Shown here one piece after another: positions 1 through 16,869 of a stretch of 64,000 nucleotides of DNA. The notes beneath the pieces were generated by a model, which saw nothing but the letters and a program-made list of their open reading frames with translations, did no database searches and had not been told where the DNA came from. Position 1 is the stretch's first letter. The number at the start of each line of letters is the position of its first letter. Origin of the DNA: the human T2T-CHM13v2.0 reference genome, Homo sapiens. The DNA is taken from assembly GCF_009914755.1 (NCBI RefSeq), contig NC_060927.1. One strand, written 5' to 3'. The position numbers and the translations under genes were made by a program.

Positions 1-239
1 GGCAAATTGGCTCTCTGTTCAATCCACACTTCAGGCGATGGCTTCCCTCTCTGCTTTTCTATTTACCTTCCAGCATCTAAAATTAAGTTTCCTGTCACTG
101 ATGTCTTCTCTATCAATCCCTGTGACCTTGTTGGTTTATATATTATATTTCTTTAACAGAGTCTTAGGAAGGAGAGTACAGAATCCTCCACGTCTAACGC
201 TTTACCTTTAATAAAAAGACAGACTGAGTTAAGTCGTAT

Positions 240-520
240 TTTTAAAATACAGTCATTATATGATTCCTTTTATAGGAAATATCCAGAATAGGCAAATCAT
301 AGAGACAGACAATAGATTAGTGGTTAGCAGGGGCAGCGGGGAGGATGGAATGAGTAGTGACTGCTCAATGGCTATGGGGCTTCCTTTCAGGGTGACAGAA
401 ACATTCTGGATTAAATAGAGGTGACAGTGTGAATGTACTTAACGCCACTAAATTATACATTTTTAAATTGTTAAAATGGAAGTTTTATATTACATGTATT
501 TTACCACAATAAAAAAAATA
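240..520 (+). mobile_element. Old L1 (L1MB-like) 3' UTR fragment
   Basis: Matches the L1MB 3' UTR pattern (tatgattcc..atatccagaataggcaaat..agattagtggtt..ttttaccacaataaaaaa). Confidence 0.75.
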
Positions 521-711
521 CATAGTAAAAAATATACAGTGACCATGGAGAGCTTACAAAAGATTTTCACAAACAGTATATTCAGGTTATGCTGCCATTA
601 GAGTCCTGTTGTTCTGTAATTGGTGGTAATATCCTTTACCATGGAAATTTAAAAATACCAGCCTTCCCCATTTAGATTTTTAAAAATCAACTCATATTTG
701 GATACTCCCAG

Positions 712-1007
<296 letters not shown>

Positions 1008-1554
1008 TATTCCCAATTTTGACTTTTCCTCCACTATTATTTAATTTCTGACACCTGATGTCTCTTAGCTATCCTAAAACCAAATAAAAGATGTTCTCTT
1101 ATTTACTGTAAGAATAGATATATAGAATTATTTCAAGTGTAAAATATCAGTATCTCTTGTCATTCCACAAAGAGCCCAAGCCACCCCTAAATTTTCTCTC
1201 TTTCATTTGCTTAGAAAGTATAATACTCAGCTGTTAATCAAATGAACAAATAAAATAGCAGCTTTTTATGAAGAGTTATTGTAAAACTACGAACTATTTC
1301 ATTAACTAAATCAGAAAATGCCAATAGCAACTTAGCTATTGAGCAGCCTTGGGTGTTTGGAAGAAACAGGCCCACACATCTGGGAAGTGATAATTCACTG
1401 AACAAAGGTGGCCAGATTTCCCTGACCTCATCAACCCCAGGGATCCTGGGATGAGAACCCTCCAGCTCTGACCAGAGGCCAGTCCCCCTTCCTGGTGCCC
1501 CTCTGACCAGCCTGACCTGTGCTGTCTTTAGGTCATCCTCACACTGGCTTAAAA

Positions 1555-1770
1555 CCAGCTAACATTGATTGAGCAGTTAGTACATATTAAGAGCTTTAAA
1601 TGGACCATCTTTTTGAAACCTCACAACAAATTATTGTTCCTCTTTTACAGATGAGAAAGCTGAGGCCTGGGGAAGTTAACTAATCTGCCCAAACCTTTAT
1701 AGGTAGTAAATGGCAGGGCCTGAAGGTAAACCCAGGCAACCTGCCTCCAAAGCCTAGCCTTGTAACTATT
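1555..1770 (-). mobile_element. MIR SINE
   Basis: MIR core ttttacagatgagaaagctgaggc. Confidence 0.8.
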
Positions 1771-2249
1771 AGGTAATATCTTCCCTTTTGCAAATTAGAA
1801 CCTACAATTTCAGACCCCATGGTCACTGTACAGCTTACATATGTTTTTTAAAATCATAAAGCCTCTGGAGGAGCAATTGTCATGGGACCCCAATTTTCCT
1901 CATAATGTCACATTTATGTGTGGTGCCAACAAAATAGAGTTGTCAGGAGGAGGAGGGAGCCCAGGTGCAGCTCTCTCTGAAGTACTCTGGCATGTTCATG
2001 GGATGGCCTTCCCTGGCCCTAAGAGGATGGAGCTTCTGCAGGCTATGGCTGTCTGTCCAGGCCTGCACAGGCCGCCTATCTGGCTCGGTCGCCTCACACT
2101 CCTGTGATGGGAACTGAGGGGCCGGTGACGGGCTCGCTACTTCAGGGCATGTGGAAAGGGCTAGGTCGGCCAAGTTGCTCAAACTTTTCACAAGGTCAGG
2201 AGAGAGTGCCAGCCACTCCTTATACCTGCTTCTCGGGCGCCTTTTTCCC

Positions 2250-2720
2250 TGCCCTTAACCACAGTTGTACCCAGGGCACTGACTGCTCATACCTCCCTGG
2301 GTGGGCTCATCCATCCACAGGGATTCAACTACCAACTGTATGCAGAGGACCCTAAATTTCCCACTCCAGCCCAGATCGCTCCTGACCTGTCCCCCCAGTT
2401 ACAGATCCCCACGTCTACCAGCCCAATGAATACAGCAACCTAGGTGCCCTCCAAAGTCATCATCTGCCTCACAAACTCTTCCTGTTGTGTCCCTAACCTC
2501 TGTGACAGGCACTCCCACTCCCACCCCACTCAAATCTGATGAAAAATCTGGAACTCATCACAGCCCACTCACTCTCGAGTCTTTTCAGCTCCATCCGCCG
2601 CCTGCTGCCCATCGTACGTGTCTGTTCTCCTAGATGCACAGCCACCCACTGGCCTCCTGCCTCTGGCACCCTTGCTGCCCTCTATCAGGTCTCCTGGCTG
2701 ACTCACTAGGTCTCCTGAGC
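2250..2720 (+). mobile_element. L2 LINE fragment
   Basis: Pyrimidine-rich, degenerate L2-like sequence. Confidence 0.45.
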
Positions 2721-3195
2721 TTCTCCAAAATGGGGAAGGCAGGATAATCTGTTTAGGTAATGGCAGAAAATGTTAGAATCTTTATAGATTATCTCAATAG
2801 ATAAATTCAATATGAATTATTGATAATCTATATTTAACTTGAATCTGAAAATATAAGAAAAAAATAGCCTTTTAATATATAGGTTGACACTGTCACCCTT
2901 GCTGGTCCACTTGTCATGTAGGGATCTCACGGTTCCCCAATGAGTGCCCCACGGGGTCGACAGTGGCATCCTCACTGGAAACTTCAGCTGTTATGTGTTC
3001 ACATGTGCCCAGGTAAATAGAATTATGGACTAGATTCTAGTTACTACTGATGCAAGCACACGTGAGCAATGAGAAAATGAAAGGGTGGACCCTGTATACC
3101 TAGGACAAGCTCATCTGCAGCCATAATACCAGGTCATAAGGGTGGCAAGCTGACCAGATCTGACATGAAGCTGGCATTAAAAATAAAGTTGAAAT

Positions 3196-3578
<383 letters not shown>

Positions 3579-3907
3579 TTATAATTTTAGCTGGTACCTA
3601 ACACTATCATATTAGAAAAAAATCTATAATTTCTTGAGTAGTGTTTAAGTCATAGGAAACATAATATAATACTTTATAAAATTTCAATTACTTTGGTAAG
3701 TATTTAAAGGCTTCTCTTGAGCTTTCTTAATATATAACTACAGACTTACCTATTATCATTCAGAAGTAAATGAACAATTTACTCATGAATTTGAGGATAC
3801 AGGCTCAAATTGGTTTTCACTGATAGAAAGGTGAATTAAAGAGAGGTTTGGAGACCTCAGTTCAGCTAACTTATGTCCTACCTCCGTCACAGGAAATACA
3901 GCACACA

Positions 3908-4227
<320 letters not shown>

Positions 4228-4339
4228 TCAGGCTCCTGTTGTCTAAACATGTCGCTCCCTAAACCTAAACATCAACCTCCTTGCTTCACCCAGGTGTGTA
4301 CTTTTATGTCCAGCCCAGCTATGCTGTCAAACTCATTTT

Positions 4340-5155
4340 AATAAAGGAACTAGAAAAAATTTTGTCAAAGCCTGCCTAAGATAGCACAAAAAGAAAATAC
4401 AGACTAATTATTCTATAGATGTGATAAGCACATCTTAAATAAAATATAAGCAAATCGAATATAATAATTCTTTACATGAACAACCCATGGAAAAGTTGAA
4501 TTCATTCAGGAATGCAAGGAAGGTTAAAGATTAGAAAATAATATTTTCATATAATTCATTATATTAAAAGATCAAATGAAAAAGAATAATGTGATCACCC
4601 TGATAGATGTAAAGAAAACACTTGACAAAATTTAATACGAATTACAGTAAAAATTTGTAGCAAAATATAAATAGATAAAAATTTCTTTAACTTGATCAAT
4701 GTGCAGACATGCTTGCTTGTATATATACAAATGTGCACATATATGTGTATACCAATATATGTGTGCACACATAAACACATACTTCAAAAGCTAGCATTAT
4801 GTTTAATGTCAAAGTACTAGAAGACATACTATTGGAACAGACACAGTATCACTATTTTAAGTTCTATGATTTTCTATGTGAAAAAAACCAAGAGAATCAA
4901 CTGAGAAATATTAGAAACAATATAATATAGTAAGATTAATGGCTGCAAAGTTATAAAAAGTAATTTTTCTGTATTCAATCAGTTACAAAATATATTGAAA
5001 ATTATTGCATTTAATATTACAACCAAAATCATCCTTTTACTCCCATCTCTTCAAAAAGGAATAAACTTCGAAATAAGTGTGAAAGATCAAGATGAGGAAA
5101 ATACTTTTACTTATTTCTGAAGAAAGGCAACAAAAAATTTAATGAATACAAAGGA
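4340..5155 (+). mobile_element. Ancient L1M ORF2 remnants
   Basis: A-rich, degenerate ORF2-like segments (caggaatgcaaggaaggtt, aaccaagagaatcaact). Confidence 0.6.
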
Positions 5156-5156
5156 C

Positions 5157-5670
5157 TACTATTCACAATAGCAAAGACAGGGAATCAACCCAAATGCCCA
5201 TCAATGATAGACTAAACAAAGAAAATGTGGTACATATACACCATGGAATACCAAGCAGCCATAAAAAGGAATGAGATTATGTCTTTTCCAGAGACATGGA
5301 TGGAGCTGGCAGCCATTATCCTAAGCAAACTAACACAGGGACAGAAAACCAAACACTGCATGTTCTCACTTATAAGTGGGAGCTGAATGATGAGAACACA
5401 TGGACACATAGCAGGGGGAACAACACACACTGAGGCATGGTCAGGGGTAGGGAAAGCATCAGGAAGAATAGCTAACAGATGCTGGGCTTAATATCAAGGT
5501 GATGGGTTGATTTGTGCAGCAAACCACGATGGCACAGGTTTACCTGTGTAACAAGCCTGCACATCCTCCACATGTATCCCAGAGCTTAAAATAAAAGTTG
5601 AAAGAAAAAGAAAAAAGAAAATAAATCTGTAAAAATAAATAAATAAATAAACTAATAATAAAAATAAAAA
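5157..5670 (+). mobile_element. 5'-truncated L1PA (older, L1PA11-13-like) 3' end with A-rich tail
   Basis: ctattcacaatagcaaagac...catgttctcacttataagtgggagc...cttaaaataaaagttg. Confidence 0.9.
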
Positions 5671-5699
5671 ACGACATGACTGACTTTTTTTTTAAAAAA

Positions 5700-6600
5700 A
5701 AAAAAAAGGAGTATATTCCTATGGATGGGAAGATTAATGAATGAAGCTCATTCTTCCTAAGTGGACTACATTGAGTGTCATCCCAATCAAAATACCTGCA
5801 GCATTTTTTATTCAACAGAATCATATATGTTTAATGATAAAATTAATAAATAACAATAGCCAGAAAGTATCTGAAAAGGAAAATGACAGAGATTAAGCCA
5901 ACCACATATTGAAATATATACTCAAACTACAGCAATTAAAACTCACATAGGATTTGACAGAAGAGTTAATGGAACAGAGCAGAGAATTGAAAAAAAAAAA
6001 TAGACCCAACAGACGTGGGAGTTTTGTACATGATAAAGCAGCATTTCAAATCAGTAAGAGAAAGATGGATTTTTCAGTAAACAGTGTTGGGACAACTGGC
6101 TAGCCATTTGGGAAAAAATAAAGCCTGATCTCTATTTCACTCCTTACATTAACTTGAATTCCAGATGGAGCAAAGATTTAAACATTAAAAAGATAAAACC
6201 ATAAAAGCACTAAAAGGATTTTTTTTTTTTTTATGTAGAGGGAAGGCCTTTCTAAGCGTGGCACAAAACCCATAAACCATAATGGAAAAAGAGACTAACA
6301 AAGTTGCCTATGTACATTTTAAAGCCTCTAAATTTAGCGATAACTATTTAAATTTTAAAAGACCATTCATTTTGACCTAGCAATTACATTTCTCAAATTT
6401 ATCCTCTAGCTATACTCATAAATTTGCACCAAAAAAAAGGAAAAGAAAGAGAATCCTATATGTAAGGATGTTCACTACAAGATTATTTACAATAGCAAAA
6501 AGAACTGCAACAACCTAAACATCCATCAATAAGGGACTAGTTAAGTAAATTATAGTACAAGCGTAGGATGAACTACATGGAGCCATTTAAAAAGGAACAT
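5700..6600 (+). mobile_element. Ancient L1M/L1ME ORF2 3' remnants
   Basis: aacagtgttgggacaactggctagccatttgg and gacctagcaattacatt motifs. Confidence 0.7.
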
Positions 6601-6785
6601 GGGGCAAAGGGTGGGAGGGGGGCGAGAGATAAAAGGCTACAAATAAGGTGCAGTGTATACTGCTCGGCTGATGGGTGCACAAAAATCTCACAAATCACCA
6701 CTAAAGAACTTACTCATGTAACCAAATACCACCTGTACCCCAATAACTTATAGAAAAATTTAAAAAAATTTTAAAGGCACAAAAA
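6601..6785 (+). mobile_element. Short L1PB-type 3' end inserted in older L1
   Basis: gggtgcacaaaaatctcacaaatcaccactaaagaacttactcatgtaaccaaa; flanked by aaaaaggaacat / aaaagggaacat. Confidence 0.8.
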
Positions 6786-7499
6786 AGGGAACATTGTAAA
6801 TCTTTTAAGTACACTAATGGAAAGCAATTCAAAATGCTATTAATTTAACAGACACACAATGCAAATCACAAATGGGGTCATTATATACACTCCTTGTAAC
6901 ATAAGCATTTGCAGTACCTTGTAATTTACAAAAACTTTATACCCATTATCCATCCATTATATCTCCTTTCTCCTAAGATTACAGCCTCTTTTTCTAGCAA
7001 CTTTTCCCCTCAGCAGGTAGAATGTGTTCCAGGGCAGTGCTCTCAAGCATATTTGACCGCACAGCACAGAGGGAAGACAATAGTGTTTACACAGTCTATC
7101 GAGGGAATTAGATGAGGTTGCTCATGCCAGAAGTAACCTGCAGGTAAGGGAGCTCCAGTGTCCCCTCAGCGTCTCTTGCATTACCTAAACCACATTCCAG
7201 TGTGCTAGGTGTAGGAATCTTCCCTCAGGAATCCTGGAGGCTGGAGCCTTGGGTTGCAGAGATGGGCTTGGTCTGGGAGGGAGGTGAGCTTGTCCTGGTG
7301 CATTCAGGGTCAGTAGAGAAGACAAGGTGGCAGTCAAAGGAGAAGTTAAAGGGTGGAATCTGAGAGATTGTGCTAGGGTAAAGCAGGCTCTGAACTTCAG
7401 GGAAGACATGCCAGCTTCATCCCCTTCTAGGAATTGAAGGCAGGTTGATATGTATGGAGGCTTTTAGGTTGTGTCTGAAAATGAGCAACCTCTGCCAAC

Positions 7500-7680
7500 A
7501 TGGAGCACTGGAAACGTGGTACACATGGAGGTGGACAGAACCTGGTGGGAGTCCTGGCTCTGCCACTTGTGCGCTGTGAACTTGAACAAGATACTTCCCC
7601 TCTCTAGGCAAAGTAACTTCATCTATAAAATCTGTTTAGTAGCTGTCTATCTTGCAAGACTGGGGTGAAGGAAACAAATA
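7500..7680 (+). mobile_element. MIR SINE
   Basis: tcctggctctgccactt..gctgtgaacttgaacaag..catctataaaat. Confidence 0.7.
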
Positions 7681-8119
7681 TGTACTGGTTTTGCTTCAAA
7701 TATGGCATCCTCTTTTATTTTTATAACAATCCTGCCAAGAAAAAGTTTGCCTTCAAGGCAACCCTTACAAGTAAGTATAACAAATATCAGGTGCTATGAA
7801 ACTTCCTCATCCCTCTAAATCTCTCTCTACAGGTCCACACGATCACTAATAACTAGTTTTTAATCCAAAGAAAGTCTCTTTCCATATCTCTTCCATCTTT
7901 CTCTTCCTCCTTATTCCTTTTCCTCTCCCTCCCATTCTCACCCCCTCTAATTATAGGGATAGAATATAATATACAAATGTCTAGAGGGAGAAGCAACACA
8001 TTGAGCCTCATTCATCCTCAAATGCAAGCAGTCCTTACGCAAGAAGACAAATGATGATTTTCCATTGTTTTCTGTTTTCCATGGAGCATTCAAAAAATGT
8101 GCCCGACTGAACTTCACAT

Positions 8120-8545
8120 TGAGTCAAAAATCCAGGAGGCAAGGCAATGGGAGCTAAAAATCTCAAGTCCTAGAACAAAGCTACATCTCAGGATCAAGAA
8201 CACACAGATTCTATTTTCATTCATGTGGGTCTAGGCAACTCTCTGGGGCAGCTGTCCTATGTGTAGTGACCCAGCATCCAGACTGCTTCCGTTCTGAGGC
8301 TTGGCCATCTCAACACAAGACCTCCTTCACACTCACTATGACAGGAGAAAAGAGCCTGAGAAAACACCCATGGCTCTTCCAGGCTTTTCACTGTCTCAGC
8401 CTAGAAATATAACTGAGGTCACCCCTAACATAACATTGGCTAGAACAACACACATGGTCTCATACAACTGTTGGGAAATGGCAGGGGGGAGGGTTGCAGA
8501 AATGCCTAGAACTGCTGAAAGGAAAGGGGAATCAGACAATGGTAG
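8120..8545 (-). mobile_element. Old MaLR LTR (MLT1-type) fragment
   Basis: MLT1-like motifs (cattggctagaacaacacacatgg). Confidence 0.5.
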
Positions 8546-9042
8546 CACTCATGAAGGACTTGTTGACTTTCCAATTCCAATAGAGGCTGGCTCTGTTTAA
8601 TCTCAGCTGAGCCCAGGAGTGTGGACAAGGCTAGGCTTTGGCCTGAGGGGTGCACATGGGGCACCCTCCTTCAGCAAACCATTACTGAGTGCCCACTCCA
8701 CCCCAGGATCCATCCTAGGGATGTGAAGAAACACAGTCCTACCTTTGCTCACACTCTAGAAGCAACTTTTGAGTTCAAGCACAAGGTTTTGATTTATTAT
8801 TTCAGCAGCAAAGCATGTTTCTAAACAGGCCCCCAGATTCCTGCCACTGCCGTTTTCTAGAGTAACCTGAGATGAAGTTTATCTGGATCCAGGACACTGG
8901 GCTGTGTCTACCATCACAAACACTGATGTGACTTCTGACAGCCAGGCTCAAAATCATAAGCCCATTCATTGCCTGAGCACAAGAAATGCTGCACTAGGCT
9001 CAGGTGGTGTATCAACAGCCAGGTGAGAACAAAATGTCATCA

Positions 9043-9374
<332 letters not shown>

Positions 9375-9438
9375 TTAGAGAAGTTATTTAGCATTCACAC
9401 AGATCTCTGAACTGGCTGGAACTTTCATCTGTATTTGC

Positions 9439-9615
9439 CAGTGGTTCTGAGTGTGGTCTTAAGATTAACAGCATCAGCATCACATGGAACTGATTAGAAA
9501 TGCACATTCTCAGGTGCCATTCCAGACCCACTTAATTTAGAAACTATGAGGTAGGGCCCAGAGATCTGTGTTTTCACAAGTTTTCTGGTGATTCTGATGT
9601 GTATTCAAGTAGCAT
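9439..9615. mobile_element. MER5A hAT-Charlie MITE
   Basis: cagtggttc...cagcatcagcatcac...tagaaatgcacattctcagg...ggtgattctgatg. Confidence 0.8.
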
Positions 9616-9769
9616 GTGAAATACAGAAGCTACCCGGAACTAGACTTGAAGGCTGCTTTTCATGCCTGCCCAGAAGAGCCCACCTCTGTAGCCTTGGGAG
9701 GATGGGGATGGGGTGGGGAGGATGTTAGAGGGTACATGGTCCTTGAGGTTTCATCCCTTTTGCTTCATT

Positions 9770-10420
9770 TGAAGAGGTTTCAAACACAGTGTATCCTGTT
9801 TTTTAAAAATTCTAAATGGAGATTCAAATCATGTGGAGAGTTTTTTTAAGCACACCTGTGCTCAGGCCTAGTCTCAGAGATTCTGACTCAATAAACCTGG
9901 GTGCTATGGTTTGCATATTTGTCCCCTGCAAAACTCATGTTGAAACTTAATCCCCAATGTGGCAGTATTGAGAGGTGGGGCATTTACAAGATGGTTGGGT
10001 CATGAGGACTATGCCCCATGAATGGATTAACCTATTCATGGATTAATGGATAAGTGGGTTAATGAATTAATGGGTTGTCTTCAGAGTGGGATGGGTAGCT
10101 TTATAAGAAGAGGTAGAGAGACCTGAGGTAGCACACTCAGCCCCCTTACAGTTCTATGCTGCCTTGATACTTTATAGAGAGTCCCCAGCAGCAAGAAAGC
10201 CCTCACCAGATGCAACCCCTCAACCTTGGACTTCTTAGCCTCTGTAACTGCAAGAAACGAATTCCTTTCCTTTATAAATTACCCAGTTTCAGGTAGTCTG
10301 TTATAAGCAACAGAAACCAGACTAAGACTCCAGTCTGGGGCCCAGGCATGCACAATTATTTTAAAAGCTTCCCAGATGATTATCTTGTGCAGTCAGGTTA
10401 AGGATCACTGGTTTAAACTA
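9770..10420. mobile_element. MER5-type MITE split by a MaLR LTR
   Basis: MER5-like halves at ~9770-9900 and ~10330-10420. Confidence 0.55.
9902..10329 (+). mobile_element. MaLR solo LTR (MST/MLT1A-type)
   Basis: tgctatggtttg...ctcatgttgaaacttaatcccc...tataaattacccag...gactaagac. Confidence 0.9.
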
Positions 10421-11111
10421 GAGTAAAGGTTGGGAACTGGGGATGATAACTCTGCGGCCATGTCCCTTTCCTAAGTACTGGCTTTTATGCTTTTGAATAG
10501 ATAAATATACTTGGGAACCATACATTTGGGCCAAAATGTGGAACTTATTAAACTCCCCCTAGAGGCTTTATACACACCTTCCAAAACATCCATGGTAGAG
10601 CCTCACACTGAACATTGTAGATAATCCTAATCCTTCCTGTCCTTGCTACCAGCTCCCCTACCCCCACTACAAAACTCAACACATATTACGGCTTTGCCTG
10701 GGGCTAGCATTCAGGCATTCTCCTATCTAGGTAGGACAAATGTCTTGAAGATGGGAGGAAACATCGAATTAATATTTATATCAAATCAAGCCCCCTCAAT
10801 AAGAATCACTCTGGTGTGACAGGTTCCATCTCCAGCCCATGCCATCACCCAATTCAACATATTAATGCTGCACTGACCTTCCTAACCCTATCTATGCAAT
10901 CGGACAGGTATCATGAATAATAAAAGAGACTTAGGACCAGCACAGAATAGCATCCCTTCACCTAGGACTAGGGTTTGGGCCCAATTCTGCTGTGTTCTGT
11001 CCCTTTCCAGCAAGTTTGGTGCATTTTAGGTTTTCTACTGAGTTGGAAGCAGAGGCCACCAGACTTTCCAGGGAAGCACTTACAGCATCATATTCAGATA
11101 TTTTCTCATTC

Positions 11112-11113
<2 letters not shown>

Positions 11114-11157
<44 letters not shown>
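11114..11157. repeat. (CA)n microsatellite, ~22 units
   Basis: Perfect CA run. Confidence 0.98.
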
Positions 11158-11159
<2 letters not shown>

Positions 11160-11429
11160 ATTCAGACCAAATCCCTCCAAGGCATTAAGAGCTCCACTGG
11201 ATAATGAAGTATTGCCTAGTTCTTTCCCCATTATTAAACTACCCAAGTAATTATGACAAACTTCTCAGCAACTAGACTTCACTCCTTTCTCTGCTACCCC
11301 TCTTGAAGACAGAGATTCCTTGAAGAATACTTTCTCCACTATCCCCTTGAAGACAAGGATTCCTTAGAAAGTATGTCTTCAGAAAACCAGGTTTTCCCTT
11401 GTATCTCTTAGGGGAAATCAGAATCCCCA

Positions 11430-11600
11430 TTCAGAACCTTCCTGTGTGCTGGAGTAAATTATCTAACCTTTCTGCATGTCAGTTTTCTTATCTGTAAAAA
11501 GGTATAATATTAGAGCTTATTTCATGGGATAATCATGTGAATTAAGTGAGATGTTCATAAAGTTGGCTGAACACAGAGAAGCAGCTTGATGAATGAAAGT
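11430..11600 (+). mobile_element. MIR SINE
   Basis: tcagttttcttatctgtaaaaagg core. Confidence 0.7.
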
Positions 11601-12329
11601 TATTATTCTTTTCAAATACTTACCGATATTCATCTTGGGTATTAGCCTAAAGGTTCAGAGATGTGAGGTTTTTGAAGTTACAAGTACAACTAGGAGGCAA
11701 ACAACAGAACGCAAACAACCTATAAGGGTCTCTTTAGCCCTCAGGGCCCAACGCAGTTTCACATATATATTATTGCTTAACAAATAGTTGTTGAATAAAA
11801 GAAAGAAGGAATAAGGAATAAATAACATCAGCTCTCACTCAGAACAGAGTTCAGTCTTGCACAACATGGGGATATGTTTTAGAGGTCAACCAGTTTACCC
11901 AGCCTTTTATTTCAGACCGCATCTTGCCCAGGATGCCTGAGGGATATGGCTTCACTTCCTATTAAAGTACTATATTCTTATGCTTTCTTACAGTGCCCAA
12001 TGCCTAAGCTCTCTTTGTTGCCCAGGAAATAGGCAGTGTTCTTGGTTCTTCTATCCCTGGCTGGTCACAAAATATGACCTCAGACCACAACTGTAGCTGG
12101 CCTCCTGATTCCCTCACCCCAAGAGGGACATTCACCCTCATTCCAGACCTCCTTTTCTTCCATGCTCCCTTTTTCTTTGAAACATGTAGGTCCTCCCTTG
12201 CCTTTTATTTTTAGGAGAGTTTTTGCATCCATACCTCTTGAAAGTTCTCAGTAGACACAATTTGTTTGGAAAAAAACATGGAAGATAATGCTCTATTTTT
12301 AGGAGCCTCTTAGTAGTCAAATGCAACTA

Positions 12330-12580
12330 AATAAAATAATAATAACTAGACCTACTGAGCATTTTCTTCGAACCAGGCACTGTTCTATAAACTCTACATG
12401 GATTAACTCATTTATTCCTCACACCAACTATGTGAGACAGGGAGTAGTATTATCACTGTTATACAGTTGAGAAAACTGAGGGACTGAGATGTTACAAAAC
12501 TTGCTTGAGGATAGACAACTAATAAGTGATGGAGCCGAGTTACAAAACCAAGCAATTTGTGGCTTTTACCACTATACTAT
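12330..12580 (-). mobile_element. MIR SINE (near full length)
   Basis: ccaggcactgttcta...cagttgagaaaactgagg. Confidence 0.85.
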
Positions 12581-12789
12581 GGTTGCCTCTTAATGGACGG
12601 CTGCATTTTCTTTATGCCTGCATAATTGAACCTTTAATGATGGCAAGGAGGCCAATCCACATCTCCAAATCAGTTGGGAGCAATGGTTGCTGAATCTAAA
12701 ATGAAATGAGAAAGCTGGAAATGCTCAAATTCCAGCACCTTGTTGTTCTTAAGATTGTCTGACAATTGGTTCCTGGGAACATAACATGC

Positions 12790-12930
12790 AGTGGAAAGAC
12801 CACAGATTTTTCAGCAGTATATTAGTTGTCTAGCCTCAAGCAAGTTTTATAACATCTCAAAACTGGGCAGGTTATTTAAGCTATTTAGCGTCAGTTTCCT
12901 TATCTTTAAAATGGGGATAATAATAACCCA
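12790..12930 (+). mobile_element. MIR SINE
   Basis: tcagtttccttatctttaaaatggggataata. Confidence 0.8.
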
Positions 12931-12939
12931 CTGACTTAT

Positions 12940-13200
12940 ACTCCAATGCTTGTCCTTATAGTTCTGCTCGGTACTGCCAAAGCAGTAAGCCTAAAAACTA
13001 CATTTTTCAGCCTCTGATGCCAGCTAGAATGGCTTAGTCTCTGCCATTGAGAGAGACTGAAGGGAAATTAAAAAGCAACTGGAAAAGAGCATCATTTTTT
13101 TCTGCTTCTGACTCTGGATGTGGGAGCAGCAGGATAGCAGTAATGTCATAGAGGCCCCAGAGGATAATTAAGAGGTGTTGTAATAATGGCAATGATTACT
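12940..13200 (+). mobile_element. ERVL LTR fragment (LTR33-like)
   Basis: aaaaactacattt motif; similar to 14140-14250 plus 15687-16170. Confidence 0.55.
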
Positions 13201-13239
13201 GTAACCATGGGGTGGGGGAGACAGTGGGAGCAATGACTA

Positions 13240-13920
13240 CAAGATGAAGGGGTGGAATGGCTGTTTCTGATTTTCCTGGAGAGCTTACAGAAAGAAAATG
13301 ACAGGTTTAGAACTTCACTCTCTCAACTCAATGTCTAGTCACAGAACCTGAAAGCTTCTGTGATGGCACTGAAGAATTCTCTTATCTTTTTAGACATATG
13401 ACTGATATAGATCCAAAATTTTATCCCACAGATTGGACAATTACAATGAATGTGAATTCATGAACTCATCAGGTCTTTTATGTGGGAGTCTGAGGATTGA
13501 TTTGGAAGGAGTGGAATCCTGAGAATTGGAATGGAGCCATCAAGATGACTTTATTCAAATCTAAGGAACTCCTGGTCACCTATACCCCCTTTCTAGTAAG
13601 AGCAGTCTCTCCTTCCCACACTGGGAAGACATGATAGTCATCTCTTGCAAGAAGATCCTGTTAATAACTTCATCCATGGCAGTTGCCCTACAAGGGGATA
13701 CTGATTCTTCTCAAGATTCACTCCTTCCACCTCTCATGACCTCCATATCCACACCAGAATCAAATTCCAGCAACCCTCAGGGCAAAAGTTTAAAATCTGG
13801 CCTCAAAGAATATGGCTTTATATACCTAAATAATTGCAATATTTTGTTCATTATATTGGCAAAACTCTAAGTAATATATATATGGAAATGGATTATGCAG
13901 CAGTTAGAGCAAGGAAGATG
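13240..13920 (+). mobile_element. ERVL/MaLR internal (gag-derived) remnant
   Basis: gaatggctgttt...gagagctt.cagaaagaaaatgacagg and gagtggaatcctgagaattggaatgg motifs. Confidence 0.55.
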
Positions 13921-14134
13921 AAAAAATAATGGTTTGGACCAATCGAGATACATACTAGAGATGGCTAACCAATTGGTCTTTATATTTTTCCTTTAGGAAG
14001 AGGGTAAAAGTATCTTTGTGCAAGGGATAATTGCATTGTATTAAACGGAAGCACAAATTCACTGATGTTGGTGGTAAAAGTTTATGAGAGTAGAACATAC
14101 ACAGAAGTGACTAAACAAAAGGGGAAACTCTTCC

Positions 14135-16170
<2,036 letters not shown>

Positions 16171-16340
16171 AATGGAGAACTATTATCTTCTTCCTCATGT
16201 GAATATTAGAGGAGAATATTAAAGAAGAAAAACAAAAAGTGCTCAACAATACAACATCTAAAACAAAGGAGGTATTAAAAAATAACTTTACAGTCTCATA
16301 TTCATTTATTTAACCAAAAGTTGTTAGAGCATTAACTTTG

Positions 16341-16760
16341 TGTATTAGTCCATTTTAAATTGCTGTAAAGGAACACCTGAGACATGGTAATTTATAAATA
16401 AAAGAAGTTTATTTGGCTCACAGTTCTGAAGGCTGTACAAGTATAGCACCAGCATCTGTTCAGCTTCTGGTGAGGCATCAGGAAGATTTTACCCATGGCA
16501 GAAGGTGACAGGGGGAGCACACATGTCACATGGCAAAAGAGGGAGCAAGAGAGAGGAGGAGGTACCAGGCTCCTTGAAACAAACTAGCTCTCATGTGAAC
16601 TCATAGAGTGAAAACTCACTCATTACCAAGGGCATGGCACCAAGCTCTTCATGAGGGACCCACCCCCAAGATCCAACAGCTCCCACTAGGCCCCACCTCC
16701 AACATTGAGGGTCACATTTCAACATGAGATTTAAAGGAAACAAGCATCCAAACTATGTTA
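16341..16760 (-). mobile_element. MSTB-like solo LTR
   Basis: tgtattagtcc...aaactatgtta with 5-bp TSD ctttg. Confidence 0.9.
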
Positions 16761-16869
16761 CTTTGTGTTTCGAGTGTTTGCAGCTTCAAGTCCGGGATCT
16801 TTAAGGTGGGCACTTAGAAAAGAAGAAAACCATGTTCAAGGAGTCTTCAAGATAAAGATGGGAAGCGAC

